Assembly (NCBI GenBank): GCA_012295275.1
Contig: CM022672.1
Location: forward strand, 31,248,001-31,312,000
Direction of reading: 5' to 3'
Source: Chrysomallon squamiferum
Taxonomy: Eukaryota; Animalia; Mollusca
DNA length: 64,000 bases
The first letter of the stretch is position 1; the number at the start of each line of letters is the position of its first letter. Under the pieces are notes generated by a model. That model was not told the origin of the DNA and made no database searches. It worked only from the letters and a program-made list of their open reading frames with translations. Of this stretch, positions 26,613-43,156 are shown one piece after another. Made by a program: the position numbers and the translations under genes.

Positions 26613-27038
26613 CTAGCTGTAGTAGTAGTTGCTGTAATAGTAGTAATAGCAGCAGCAGTAGGAGTAGTAGTAGTAGTATCTCAACAACCCGGAATCGAGT
26701 TGGCAAAAAAAAAAAAAAAAAAGACATCTTGAAAATGAATGAATCTCGGTAATGGCATTTTATCATTACATTTTTTTATCAAATTTCAGAAGGATGGTTC
26801 GTCCCTACGCCGAAACAAGTTTGTCTCTCTCGTTCCCAGCTGCCTGGGTTGAAATATGGGATCGTGTCGACAACGTGGATAAAAAAAGGAACCGCCATGG
26901 GTCCATTCATAGGCCGGAAGTTGAATCTGAACGAAGTAGACGACAGAGTACACAACGCCAATGTATGGGAGGTAACTCTGATTTTACAATACTTTTCGAA
27001 ATGCACGTAAAAATTGTTTTACTAATTAAGGTTGAATA

Positions 27039-27085
<47 letters not shown>

Positions 27086-27334
27086 TAAAACAAGCAAAAT
27101 GCCAATAACAGAAACAAGAAAAATGACAATAATAGAAACAAACAAACAAACAAAAAAATCATTCAAATAAAAACAATGCCAACAACAAACAAGCCAAAAA
27201 AAAAAAAACCACAACAAAAATCACACAACGTAACAAACAACAAAACAAAACAAAACAATAATAAATAAATAACCTCAAATAATAACAACGATACAAAACT
27301 GAAACAAAAATTGTCGCTAAGTCAGTATTATTCA

Positions 27335-27412
<78 letters not shown>

Positions 27413-27873
27413 TTTATTTTATTTATTTAAATTATTTATTATTTTTTAATTTATTATGAAGGTGTTCAGCGAAGACGGTGAAGTTTTGTTCTATATTGAT
27501 GGTGGCCTTGACCTTGCTCGCACGAGCTGGTTGTCGTATGTAAATTGCGCGCGCAGTGAACAGGAACAGAATCTCGAGACGTTTCAGATCGATCACAACA
27601 TATTTTACCGTGCCATCAAGGTAACAACATTGTTTATCATTTACAATTTCATTGATAAAAAAAAAAAAAAAAAAAACAAAAGTCAACAATAACAAGAAGA
27701 AGAAAAGAAGACATCAACAACAACAACAACAAAAAATAAAATAATTATAATAATAATAATAATAAAAAATAATAATAATAATAAAAAAATAATAAAAAAT
27801 AATAATAAAAAAAAGCCAGAAAAAAATCCCTTAAATATAACAACAGCAACAACAGTACTGAGCAAAACACCAA

Positions 27874-27925
<52 letters not shown>

Positions 27926-29827
27926 TGCTAAGTTAATATCTATTCATTCATTCTCTTACTCTCTCTTTGTCTGACTCTCATATTTTATTTATTTTTGATA
28001 ATTATATTACATGTATACCCATTAGTAAACCAGTTAGCTTAAGAACATAACAAGGCTATTGTTTCATTACCCTAGAACAGTGGTTCTCAACCTTTTTTTG
28101 CCAACGGCACACCTTGGTAAACATGAAAAAAATAGCGGCACACCTGGCTAAATATATATGAAAAATATTTGAATTTTGCAAAAAAAAAAAAAAAAAAAAA
28201 AAAAAACGTGGCAAGTCATAGACTCAGACTATATAAAGAAAAACACAGTTACGAACTCATTTCGAATTTCATCAGTTAGATAGCTGGTCTCTTTAGTGAG
28301 AAATTTGTGCCTGGCTTTTATTCATAATTTCCTCGATGTCTGCTCGAATATGTCTTCATTTCTTCTTCCGTTGTACGTAATCTCTCGCACTTCTTGTTTT
28401 TGATACTGTTTAATGCTGACAAGCCTAATTCACTTATATTAAAAGTTGAAAATTGCAATAAAATTGCTGAAGTTCGTTTACATAATATGGAATACTCCTC
28501 TTGAATTGAAATCCAAAATGAATCAATGGGCACATTAGAATGCTTTAACTTTAACCCTCGGTCAATTCTTCTTCTTCTTCCTGTAACTCAACTTCAATGT
28601 TGGAAGAATGATTTATGAAAGGATCTCTAAACCAATCATACTTTTCTGTGTTTAATGACGGAAAGTAATTGTTGATGCTTTCGTCCAGGCCTGTCAGATG
28701 AGTAAACACAATTGGGATCATTTCTCTAATGCAGGTAGAACGCAATAAAGGGAACCATATCAACATTGACAGTGATTGCTCTTTATATTTTATTCTTTCC
28801 AAATCGCTATTTTCTTTTTGAGGGCAGCTAACTTGTCTGTTGAAGTGACAATATTTTCGTTTTTACCTTGCATACTACTGTTTGTTTTATTTTGGGATCA
28901 CTTGGTGTTTAGCTTTTTTCTTAATGTGCCGTTCAAAACTTCGCGGCACACTGGTTGAGAATCACTGCCCTAAAACTACGATAACCCTAAGAATGAGCTT
29001 AAACAAATTTTGATTTATTTTCAAAAAAAAATTTTGTGATCGTAAATGCACCAACGAGAAGGAATAAATCGCATCCTAAAGAAGATGCTTGGTTTTTAAT
29101 TCAGCGATTTTTTAGTGTGTTATTATTATTATTTTTTTTTACTGGTTTCAGGACATACCCCCTAAACAAGAGCTGCTGGTGTGGTACGGTGCGTCATTCA
29201 ACTTGTACATGGGGCTGCCGTGTTCAGTCGAAAAAACCAAAGTGCAGGACATTCCAAAAGGTCTGTTTGAAGATAGTTTCACTATTGCAACAACAAAACA
29301 ACAACAGCCACAACCACTGGCCACCAAAAACAGAAAACACCAAGAAAAACAACTATAACAGCAAAAAACAAAACAAAAAAAAAACATTATATTTTTTTTT
29401 TATAAAAAATACAAAAAAATAAATAAATAAAATAAATAATAATAAAAAATTTATAATAATAATAATAATAATAAGAAGAAGAAGAAGAAGAAGAAGTTAT
29501 AAAAAAGAAAGAAAAATAACAAAACAATTAAAGGCAAAAAAAAAAAAAAAAGGATAATATTTTGCTTTGCATGTGTATTAAAAGTTAATAATATATTTTT
29601 CCAGAAGGTGCGTCAAAGCGAGGCTCATCCGGTCGGGAAGTGCCTGAGAATGTAAAACAGAAGTGCGTGCTGTGCAATCGAGGCTTCAATTCCCGCAGTA
29701 ATCTACGTTCGCACATGCGCATACACACCATGGAGAAACCATTTCGCTGTAAATTCTGCGACAAGAGATTTAGTCAGTCCTCTACTCTGAGAAATCACAT
29801 CAGACTTCACACAGGTATTTAGATATA

Positions 29828-29868
<41 letters not shown>

Positions 29869-29893
29869 GACTTCACACAGGTATATAGATATC

Positions 29894-29978
<85 letters not shown>

Positions 29979-30045
29979 GACTTCACACAGGTATATAGAT
30001 ATCAATTGTTTTGCATCCTCCAATTAGTCTATGAGTTTCGGTATG

Positions 30046-30133
<88 letters not shown>

Positions 30134-30191
30134 GTACCTATTTAATTTATAACTTTTAAAATTCATATTATAATTATTTTTATATAAATCA

Positions 30192-30250
<59 letters not shown>

Positions 30251-30813
30251 TAATAAGTAAATAAATAAATTAAAATAAAACTTAGAAGCTTGCCTATTTA
30301 CAGTTCATTTAAACTATTTCTGCATCTCTCCACATGAACATTTTAAATCAATTTTTTTTCACGGTTGTACACAACCAAGTGTTTTTTTTGCAGTTTCTAC
30401 ATTTGTTAAAACTTTTCCCTTGACTAAGCTGCGTTATATACATGTAGGATTACTAGTAATAAAGAAATTAATATAATTTATTTTGGCGTTTTAAAATGTA
30501 GTTTTATTCTTGGTGTTAGACATCACTATGATGATATGTAAGGCAGATTGAGAGAAATATGAATACAGAAATATTCTTTTACAAAAAGTTGTCGTTTTCG
30601 TTTCTTTTTATTGAATTAATAACCCATATCCTTAAACTGCCTCAAATCCTACTCCTTATGGGTTTGAGGTCTGAATAATGAGTTGGACTTCTGTATTTGT
30701 TTTATTACTTCACAATTTATGAGCTCAGTAACAATATAAAAATTCCTTTTACTATAAACAATCATCAGAAGAGGAAAACAAACAACAACAACAACAAAAA
30801 AAAAAAAAAAAAA

Positions 30814-30846
<33 letters not shown>

Positions 30847-32159
30847 CACATATTCTTGCAATTTTGTACTGATTTGACCAAAAAGAGTCTAGGTTAAGGT
30901 AAATCTTCTCACTTTTGTTTTTCTCTAGGCTTTAAATATAATGTAGGCGTGGTGTATATGTTTAATTTGTCTTTGTTACCAGGCAGCCGTTAACACACCC
31001 GCCCTAAAATGACAAATAAAACTAACCCTAAGGGGCCGCTATATGCGTGTAAATTAAACACCCGCCCACTCCCTTATAATGCTAGACTATACTGCAGTCT
31101 AAGGTCACGCTCGAATATCAACACACAAGGCAACGTGGTAATATTTATACCCTTGTGTACTACAATGACGTCATTAATGTGACGTATTGCTGTGAGATGG
31201 AAAAAAAGCCTGTGGGTTTTCACTTGCGCCATTTTAACTGATCACCATAAATAAATACGATGTTAAAAATTAAAATGTCTGGTGCATTTCAGCTGGATTT
31301 ATAATTGTGTTGGGTTTACATTCAGCTGTAAAAACCTACATTAATGCTTTTTTTTTTCAGAGTATAAACCACTACTCTTTTTTTTTTCATATTGGAGGGG
31401 CCGATTTATATAACGGTGCGCTTTATACATTGTCGTTGACTAAATCATTAATTATGTGGCGTGTCACTGCGTGCATGTTGATACCAAAAGCAACGAGACA
31501 CTTTTTAGTGTTGTAATCAATTACACTGACCAGTTAGCGCTATCACAACAAGTCTACTCTGCCAGTCTGACAGAAGTTTGCAACAAGTTATCAACTATTT
31601 GAAAACTAGAATACCTAAAACGAAATACAGTTATTTTTAGCACTACGCATCTCCCGCGCAAGCGCAAACCGTAGACAGCCCGAGTTAATCTTGCGGGATC
31701 AAGCTTAAACGGAACCACTACCAAAACGGAACCAGTTTCGTTGGCTAGGCTATAACAGCACCTCATTACGGGGGTGAAGCAAACCTATTTTTAACACCTC
31801 CCCCCCACCGGCATGGACCTAATTTTCCATAACTTTTCCATAGAGAAGACCTGATTTTCCAAAACTTTTAAGGTCCTGGAAAACACTGAGATAAATTTCT
31901 AAAACTTTCCAAAACGCGTACGAACCCTGTTTAATTTACATATTTATCGATATATATATATGCTTTTTCCAATATATATTTATTTATTTTAGACTGAATG
32001 TATTTTATTTATAGAAGACTTTTCAACTCTCTTGCTCTAATTACTATAAAATATTTATTTTTAGGTGAAAAGCCATACAACTGTCTCGTTTGTAAAAGTT
32101 CATATTCACAACTGGCCGGATTACGAGCGCATCAGAAAAGTGCACGACACCGACAGTGA
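23752..32159 (+). CDS. PRDM12: PR/SET domain zinc finger protein 12, 6 coding exons, 278 aa
   Basis: Exons: 23752-23833 ([14 protein letters not shown]; first exon least certain), 26790-26971 ([20 protein letters not shown]...NVWE), 27462-27620 ([14 protein letters not shown]...[18 protein letters not shown]), 29152-29260 ([13 protein letters not shown]), 29605-29814 ([21 protein letters not shown]...[15 protein letters not shown]), 32065-32159 ([31 protein letters not shown]). Phases are consistent (837 nt). The three fingers are nearly identical to vertebrate PRDM12 as I recall it. Confidence 0.95.
28078..28967 (-). mobile_element. Internally deleted hAT (Charlie/Buster-type) DNA transposon in PRDM12 intron 3
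   Basis: TIRs CAGTGGTTCTCAACC ... GGTTGAGAATCACTG; 8-bp TSD CCCTAGAA (28070-28077) / CCCTAAAA (28968-28975). Minus-strand frameshifted transposase C-terminus (YDWFRDPF; [12 protein letters not shown]...[18 protein letters not shown]) resembles the hAT dimerisation domain. Confidence 0.9.
29798..30007 (+). repeat. Triplicated PRDM12 exon-5 3' end and donor (CATCAGACTTCACACAGGTAT) interleaved with (CT)n
   Basis: Copies at about 29798 (true donor), 29864 and 29974. Confidence 0.9.
31800..31929 (-). mobile_element. Possible DNA-transposon terminus (CAGGGTTCGTACG...) with internal TTTTCCA repeats
   Basis: Minus strand begins CAGGGTTCGTACGCGTTTTGGAAAG; no partner TIR or TSD identified. Confidence 0.3.
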
Positions 32160-32419
32160 CCTCTATTCGACAGACTTCGGAATGCTTCGCATATTTCCGT
32201 GAAGAGCTTCGTTTTTAACATTATCTGACATTAAAATTGATCTATTTGTGATCAACTGATAGAGTAAAGCCTTTACAGGGAGGTTAAAAGAAAGAAAGAA
32301 AGAAAAAAAGATACAAATCGTTTAAACCATGAATTCCATTTTCGATTATTGTATTTTCGGCAAAAACCAAATTTGGCGAAATAGGCCGAATATTACTCAT
32401 GTCAAAAACAAATTATATT

Positions 32420-32498
<79 letters not shown>

Positions 32499-33567
32499 AT
32501 CCTTTTCTTCACAGTAAATAATCGCAAAAAAAAAAAAAAAAAAAAATTCAGAGATGGATTTTCCCCTCAATATACTTTTACGACTGATGCTTGTCGAAGG
32601 CATTTCTTATGTTTTTAATTTATGATAATAAATGATTGTACAAACTTTTGTTTCGTTATGCCGAGGATCGCGATTTTTTTTATGGATCTACTGTTTTTAC
32701 CTGTATTCAGCTCTGTGCGTATAATGTCAGTATGTATGTATAAATGAATATATGCATGTGAGCGTATGTATGTATGTATGTACGAATGTGTTAGTGAATG
32801 TATGTATGTACATACATACATATATATATATATATGTATGTGTGCATGTATGTAGTTGTTTATTTAAATAAATAATTACATGATTATCCATAAATATCAA
32901 ACCAGTGATCTGTTTATTTTTTTTTTACTATTAATTTTGTTAATGAAAAAAAAAAAAAAAAAACAATGATGAAAAAAAGAAAGAAAGGCAACCCAAATTC
33001 TAAAAATTATGTTAAAAATAAAAATATAATATAAAAATATAATATAATATAATATAATATAATAACAATGATAATAAGATATTTATTGTTTATAGAGGTC
33101 AGTTATATATTTTACATTACATAAAAATGAATAAGATATCGTTGGTTCTTCTAAACTTTTCTGTTTTGTGTTTTTGGTTCTTCCTAAAAAAAAAAACAAA
33201 AATAACAATTTTCTGTTTGATAATAATAATAATAATAAATTAATTAATTAATTATTTAAATTTTCTTCATCTCTGTGAATAAATATATTCGTTTCTTTAG
33301 AAATAAAAAAAAAAAACCCCAATCTTAAAAATATATAAAAATATATATTAACAGATATTATCTACCACTACTATCTTTATAAAAATGATACATACATACA
33401 TACATACAAACATACAAACGTACCCACAAACTCACACGCATACGTTTATACATATTCACAGAAAGGAAAGTGCAAACAGATATGCAGACAGATGTACATA
33501 TACACCTCAACAACATACATATGTACATACATACATACAGACATACACAAATACAAGGCAACACAGA

Positions 33568-33625
<58 letters not shown>

Positions 33626-33809
33626 TACATACATACATACCATGTATCAGACTCATTCTGAAAAAAACTGGTAAGATATATGCACATATACATTCATGTA
33701 TACACACACAAGTAACACACATGACCGTAAACACATACATATATACATGTATGCACTCGAGAAGATATACAAATATACATACAGATATATATTACAAATA
33801 CAGACTCAC

Positions 33810-33874
<65 letters not shown>

Positions 33875-33876
<2 letters not shown>

Positions 33877-33961
33877 CCAGAATTGTCAGCGGCATCTGAC
33901 GGGGTTTGTGAGGTCGTGATTGGACTTTGTCCTCCTGCACCAGAGCGTTCATGAATAGTGT
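33875..33961 (-). CDS. Possible small phase-1 exon downstream of GON module 3 (DTIHERSGAGGQSPITTSQTPSDAADNSG)
   Basis: GC-richer island between CA repeats, open in phase 1 after an AG; weak splice signals. Confidence 0.25.
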
Positions 33962-34487
33962 CTACGTGCAGAATTTATTCAGTGATACATAAAACAGAGA
34001 CTATTCAAATCCTAAAATACATTTATACATATACACATACATACTCAAACATACATAAAACAACGCACACGAGCAGATACAAATATACTTAGATACATAT
34101 TCAAGAAAACACATACATACAGACAACACACGCACACACATACAGATATATATATATAAACAATGCAGACTAATACACATAATACGACGTAATCATACAC
34201 ACACACAATACAAACTCACATACAGTAACACATCACACACGTACATATAGATATGAATTGCATTAATACACACATACACACACTCACGCATACTCATTTG
34301 TTTATTTCAGCAAGTGTACGACTGTGTGGAAACGGTCTTCTGATATCTAAACTAAGATATTCATCCTAATTATTAATACTGATATTGTGCGTGTGTGTGT
34401 TGTCTGTATGTACGTGTTTTCTTGAATATGTATATTATAAAGACAGTTAAGAATAACGATTCATTATTTTTAAGCAGGGGAAACAAC

Positions 34488-35429
34488 CTGATGGATTATT
34501 TTCCAGAAAAATCTGATGTCCAGGTTTGCACCCGCCGCAGTAGCCTCCACAATCCAGTGTCACTTTACTGCCGTCAGCGCTACGTTCAACATCGGCAGCA
34601 ACGAATTCGCCGTCGTTTATCCACTCCATCTACAACGATAAACACCACATCACCATACCGAACTTCATAAAATTCAGCTGCTGAGACGACGTACTCATAT
34701 AATCCGCAAACAATACAGTTACTACTAGTGATGCAATTTACCACACGGTTTAAAATGATCTTACTATATGATATGACGTCATTACTTGTACAACAAAGAA
34801 GAACTAATGGTACAGTTACTTCTACTGCGTTCACTGGTATGCCGTACTCATGTAACTCGCAAGCAATATGGTCACAAATACGAATACAATTTACCACAAA
34901 ATTTCAAATGATCGTAATATACTATATGACGTCATTACATAACAAATCTACTATACAACGTTCATTAACGTCGACGGTTACGTTCAACAAATACCAAAAA
35001 TTAAAGATAAATTACTTGAACTACCAAAAAGGAAATAAAAAAAAGCTGCTTGTACAGTTCCGAATTTAAATGTGTCTGTAACAATGACGGTCACGTAATT
35101 CTTCAAATAATACAATTACTACTAGTGATTCAGTTTACTATATTATTCAAAATGATCTTACTATACGATATGACGTCATTATTTGAACAACCACTAGGAA
35201 ATAGTACAGTTACGATTTTATCTGTGACGTATACGCTGACTCTGGTTAGTTACCGTTCTGTTAACACGCAGACCTGTGCCAAACGTGTTGATTTCGAAGA
35301 CGCCCCTAGTTCCGCACAAGTCGTGCTGTGTTGTGTAGCAGTCGTAGGCGTGTCCGTAGGCAACGGGATGGCCGGACGTCATCGCAAATTTGAAATCTGT
35401 CTGGTTTACCTCTAGAGTCTGTGAAAAAA

Positions 35430-35460
<31 letters not shown>

Positions 35461-36402
35461 ATATCAAGATTTTAAAATACATTTTTAGTTTAAACAAATA
35501 ACTAGAAGAAACTGATAAATTATTTGTTTTACCTCACTGGGTTTTAAACATTAGCAGTAAGGATTTTTTTTTATGTGAACCTTCTCATAAACGGAAAATA
35601 ATTCACCGACAAGAAAATATAGATTCTTCTTCTTCGTGCAGTTACGGTCACCCTGTTGACCATCGATTTCGCGGACTTCGGTTATCTGGAGCAAGTCTTA
35701 AGCGTCCCGCCATTTTGCCACATACTGACCGGCAATTCGTTAAATGTCCGGTAGATGGCAGTTCAGTGGAGCGGCAGCTCTGTGTTTCCTCCACACAAAT
35801 GCCATTTTTTTTTTTCATTTTTATAATTACTACAAAATTTCTTGGTGATTAACAGTGTCTTAGGTGGCTTCAAGAGTAAAGAAGTGAGAAAATAAAAACG
35901 ATGCTTCAAAGTGTTGGAACTGGTACAACTTCTCGAATAAGGCTTGACTGTATATTTTTCTTTCATTATCATATTAACATATTATACTTTACTACAGATA
36001 ACAGCTGCACCATATTACTATACTATACAGCTGTTATAAGAACTAAAGACTTTTTCCATTTTCAGGACCAGTGTTTCTATTTTCAGGACCAGTGTTTCTC
36101 ACTATTAAAGACCTCCACGTGACAACTCACCTCAATATTAATTCGAATTTTCGAGAACTCCGACGAGCCTGCCAGGTAAGGTTTTATACTTTCTGTTTCG
36201 TCATCACAGTATACGTTTGAGATATTCGGTGACACACCCTTGTTTGATGCAGGTAAACTGAGGTACTCCCTGGGGAAGCTGGACATACTGTCACAATAAA
36301 TATTCAATCCTATTCCGCTAAGAATCTTGGGAAACAAAATGTACTGGCCATCGCGGGCGTTTCTGTCTATGTCTGCTAGTTCTGCACACGTCAGCAAGCC
36401 AG
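34488..36402 (-). CDS. GON-domain module 3 (intact): exons 36131-36402, 35254-35418, 34488-34629
   Basis: LTCAEL...DGQYILFP...IYCDSM..PREYLSL...FSKIRINIE / TLEVNQTDFKFA...VAYGHAYDCY...RGVFEINTFGTGL / W...SADGSKVTLDCGGYCGGCKP. Matches the GON domain of ADAMTS9/20/GON-1. Phases 1-0-0-1. The last exon may instead read through to the stop at 34447. Confidence 0.85.
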
Positions 36403-37074
36403 CTGGTAGAAAAAAAAATAAAAATAAAAATAATACGACTGCAAACGGAGAAGGTAAAAAAAATAAAATTGTGATTATAGTTCATTATTATTATTATTGT
36501 TATTTATTATTATTATTGATTATTAAATTATTCTTGTTAATTATACTATTATTATGAATTTTTGAATATTATTATTATTTTGATATGAATTGGAATTATT
36601 GTTATTGTTATTAAGGATTACTACGGACGAACGAATTAAATTATTATTATTATTATTATTTACTACTACTACTGGAATTATTCATTCTAAATTTGGAATT
36701 ATTACATTTATTAGCCTCAAAACGTGATGATTGAAACAATAATTGTTTTTTAAATGAATTTAAGTTGTCCAAGACTAATAGAAATTAAAACTAATAATTT
36801 TTTTTATCCATTAAGATGAAATACAAAACAGACAAGAACAACATCAATGAAAATAAATAAATAAATAAATGAATGAATAAATAAATAAATAAATGAATGA
36901 ATGGATGGATAGACGGACGAACGAATGAAAGAATATTACTACTACTAATTATTATTATTATGATGATATAATAATTTTAATAATAATAATAACAATTGAA
37001 ATAATAATGGTAATGATGATGATGATAATAGTAATAATAATAATAATGAAGATCATGATAATAATGATAATAAT

Positions 37075-37118
<44 letters not shown>

Positions 37119-37137
37119 GGATGATGATGATAAGTAC

Positions 37138-40163
<3,026 letters not shown>

Positions 40164-40260
40164 CTGAAAATGAAACGAAAGTTTTTGTAGCGACGGTAAT
40201 GATTAGCATAAGCAATAAAGAAAACAAAAAACTGCAGTTTTAAATTAAGTAATGATGATG

Positions 40261-40291
<31 letters not shown>

Positions 40292-40369
40292 GAATAATAA
40301 GAAGAAGAAGAAGAAGAAGAAATAATAATAATATTAAATAAATAATAATAATAACAATAACAATAACAA

Positions 40370-40404
<35 letters not shown>

Positions 40405-40547
40405 TTAAAAGATACGAACTTATTACGAGGAAAGTAATAATAATAATAATGATAATAATAATAATAATAATAATATAAATAACAAAATAATAATAATAAT
40501 AATAATAATAAGAAGAAGAAGAAAAATAATAATAATATTAAATACAA

Positions 40548-40616
<69 letters not shown>

Positions 40617-40718
40617 AAATAATAATAATATTAAATACAAAATAATAATAATAATAATAATAATAATAAGAAGAAGAAGAAGAAGAAGAAGAAGAAATAA
40701 TAATAATATTAAATACAA

Positions 40719-40750
<32 letters not shown>

Positions 40751-40808
40751 GAAGAAGAAGAAGAAGAAGAAGATACGAGCTCATTACGACTGAGTTAATC
40801 ATAGATAC

Positions 40809-41229
40809 CTTCACTCTTGGGCGAAGCTGTTAGTCTCATGTCCCCGTCTGGAACACAGCCTCCACACCAGCCACCACACACGACGTCTACGACTTCGCCG
40901 GTGTCTGATCTGTGCCACTGCACGTACGGACGCCAACCTTCCGGGTTCCAGCGAAGCTGTAAGTGTAGGGTTGGGGGTGAGGAATGATTCATAATAAAAT
41001 AATACAGATTAAAGATTTAATTTTTATAATTTACAAATCTAAAATTTACCGTGCTGATCCGAGTGAGTTCACAGTGATTTATTTTAGTTGTTATTTAAAA
41101 AATATTCAGAAAATGAAAAGTAAAAAAAAAAAAAAAAAAAATAATAATAATAATAAAAAAGACTAATAATAATAATAAAAGAAAAGAAAATAAAAAAAAA
41201 AAAATAAATCAACAAACCCCTAAAAACCC

Positions 41230-41261
<32 letters not shown>

Positions 41262-41351
41262 CAAATAATAATAATCAAAATAAAAAATAAAAAATAAAAA
41301 AATAAATAAATAAATAATTAAAAATAAAAATAAATAAATTAAAAATATAAA

Positions 41352-41382
<31 letters not shown>

Positions 41383-42559
41383 AAAAATAAAAATAAATAA
41401 ATAAAAAATAAATAAACAAACAAATTAAAAAATAAAAATTAAAAAAAAAAATAAGTTATAATTAAAAATTAGAAAGAAGTAAAGAAAAATTAACTCACCG
41501 ACTGATCGACCACTAGACCGGTTCCCGTTGTGTCGATGCGAAAAACCCGCGAATTCCACACTCAGCCTTCTGCCCGCTGTAGTGAATCGAGTATCAGTCG
41601 TTTGCTTCTCCGTACGGAATCGCCCGACCCGAAGTCGAGGCAAACGTATAGTCTCGTCTGCTAACTACCATTGTCTGGTGAATAGTAAAATAAATCGTTT
41701 ATTAAGTTTCCCAGAAAAATCCGATATTGAGCACATTTCGTTATTAACACAACATACGTATGAATCGTTTAAGAGATGAAATAAACTTTTTAAAAAAAGA
41801 ATTTTTATTACTGGAATAATCACTCTATTTCATTACCTGAAAAATGTCGTCAGACGATGTCATTCTTTTTAATTCATTCATTCAAACGTTAAAACTCTCG
41901 TTCATTCATTCGTTCATTCATTCGTTCATTCATTCGTTCGTTTTCTTTCATCCATTAAATCATTTTATCCATATATTCATTCGATCAATAATTCATCCAT
42001 CCTTCCATTAATTAATTAATTAATTGGTCCATTCATTTTTCATTAATACATTAGGTACTTAATTCATTCTTCAGTCAGTCATTCACTAATTAATCAATTC
42101 GTGCGTTAGTTCTTTCATTTATTTATTTATCGATTCATTCATCTATCTTTCATCCATCGAGGCATTCATTCAGTGCATCGTTAATTCATCCATCCTTCCA
42201 TTAATTAATTAATTCGTCCATTCATTTAATTCATTCTTTTATTCATTCATTCATTCGTTCGTTCGTTCGCTCGTTCGTGTTAACTAACCTTGACATTGAC
42301 TCTGATTTTCGAAAAGAACTGCTTCCCGATAAAAATGGTTTCGGCGACTGAGCCAATCCGTGGCAGTTCTTGTTGCCGATGTTGGGATGTTCTCCGTTGT
42401 TAGCAACAGTCAGTGTGACGAATTCCTCGGGTTCGCCCGCCATATTGTGGCAGTAGATCCGTACCCGGCTGCCTCCAAGAGGTATGGGATACAGCCAGTA
42501 TTCACCGTCTGTTGTGACGTCATTGATACTTTTTAATTCAGCGCATGTGTTGGGCCGAT
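40809..42559 (-). pseudogene. GON-domain module 1 (disrupted): exons 42289-42559, 41499-41674, 40809-40956
   Basis: PNTCAELK...DGEYWLYP...IYCHNMAGEPEEFVTL is homologous to modules 2 and 3. Exon a is 1 nt short (KIRVNV frame lost at about 42310). Exon b has TGA at 41594-41596 replacing the Cys of DC[YF]S, plus a second 1-nt deletion at about 41540. Exon c (CGGWCGGCVP) is intact. Confidence 0.75.
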
Positions 42560-42641
42560 CTGAAGAACAACAACAATAAAAACAAATTTAAAAAAAAAAA
42601 AAAAAAAATATATATATTATTTTGTTCTCAAATCCTTTTTT

Positions 42642-42712
<71 letters not shown>

Positions 42713-42879
42713 CAAAATTAATGATGAAAGAAATATATAACTATAATGATAAAACAATATATTTGAATGATTAATATGAAAGTAAAATAATAATAATAAT
42801 AAATTAAAATATATATATATATATGAAAACTTTAAAATTATATAACAGTTTTCTTCAGTTTTTCTTTTTTCCACCATAC

Positions 42880-43156
42880 CCTTTCTCGGTTTTGTCTTTT
42901 CGCAATTTTCGTGTCGACTATCTTCAAGCAAATCAAACAAATATTTCTCCAACGACGAGATCTTCTTATCCAGGTACGTCAGCGATGTCGTCAACGTTAC
43001 CAGTCGTTCCTCTAGCATCGTCTGCATTTTGACATCGCTGTCACAAAGCTTTCTGTACACGGCGTTGTCGTTAACGTCGTCCTCGTAGATTATCATCTCC
43101 CATGTCGTTGTGAACAGAACGGACACGAAGATGACGAAAATACATCCTGTTTCCAT
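42880..43156 (-). CDS. Leader exon B of the GON locus: signal peptide plus Cys-bounded coiled coil, phase-1 donor
   Basis: METGCIFVIFVSVLFTTTWE...LC...LEERLVTLTTSLTYLDKKISSLEKYL...NC; donor AAG G|GTATGG; 277 nt. Confidence 0.7.

Noticed and set aside
34700-35210. Three dispersed copies of a 60-75 bp segment containing TGACGTCA
   Set aside because: Ordinary local intronic duplication with no snoRNA boxes or other structure evident.
41594-41596. In-frame TGA at a conserved Cys as possible selenocysteine
   Set aside because: The same module has two frameshifts and I saw no SECIS; a nonsense mutation is simpler.
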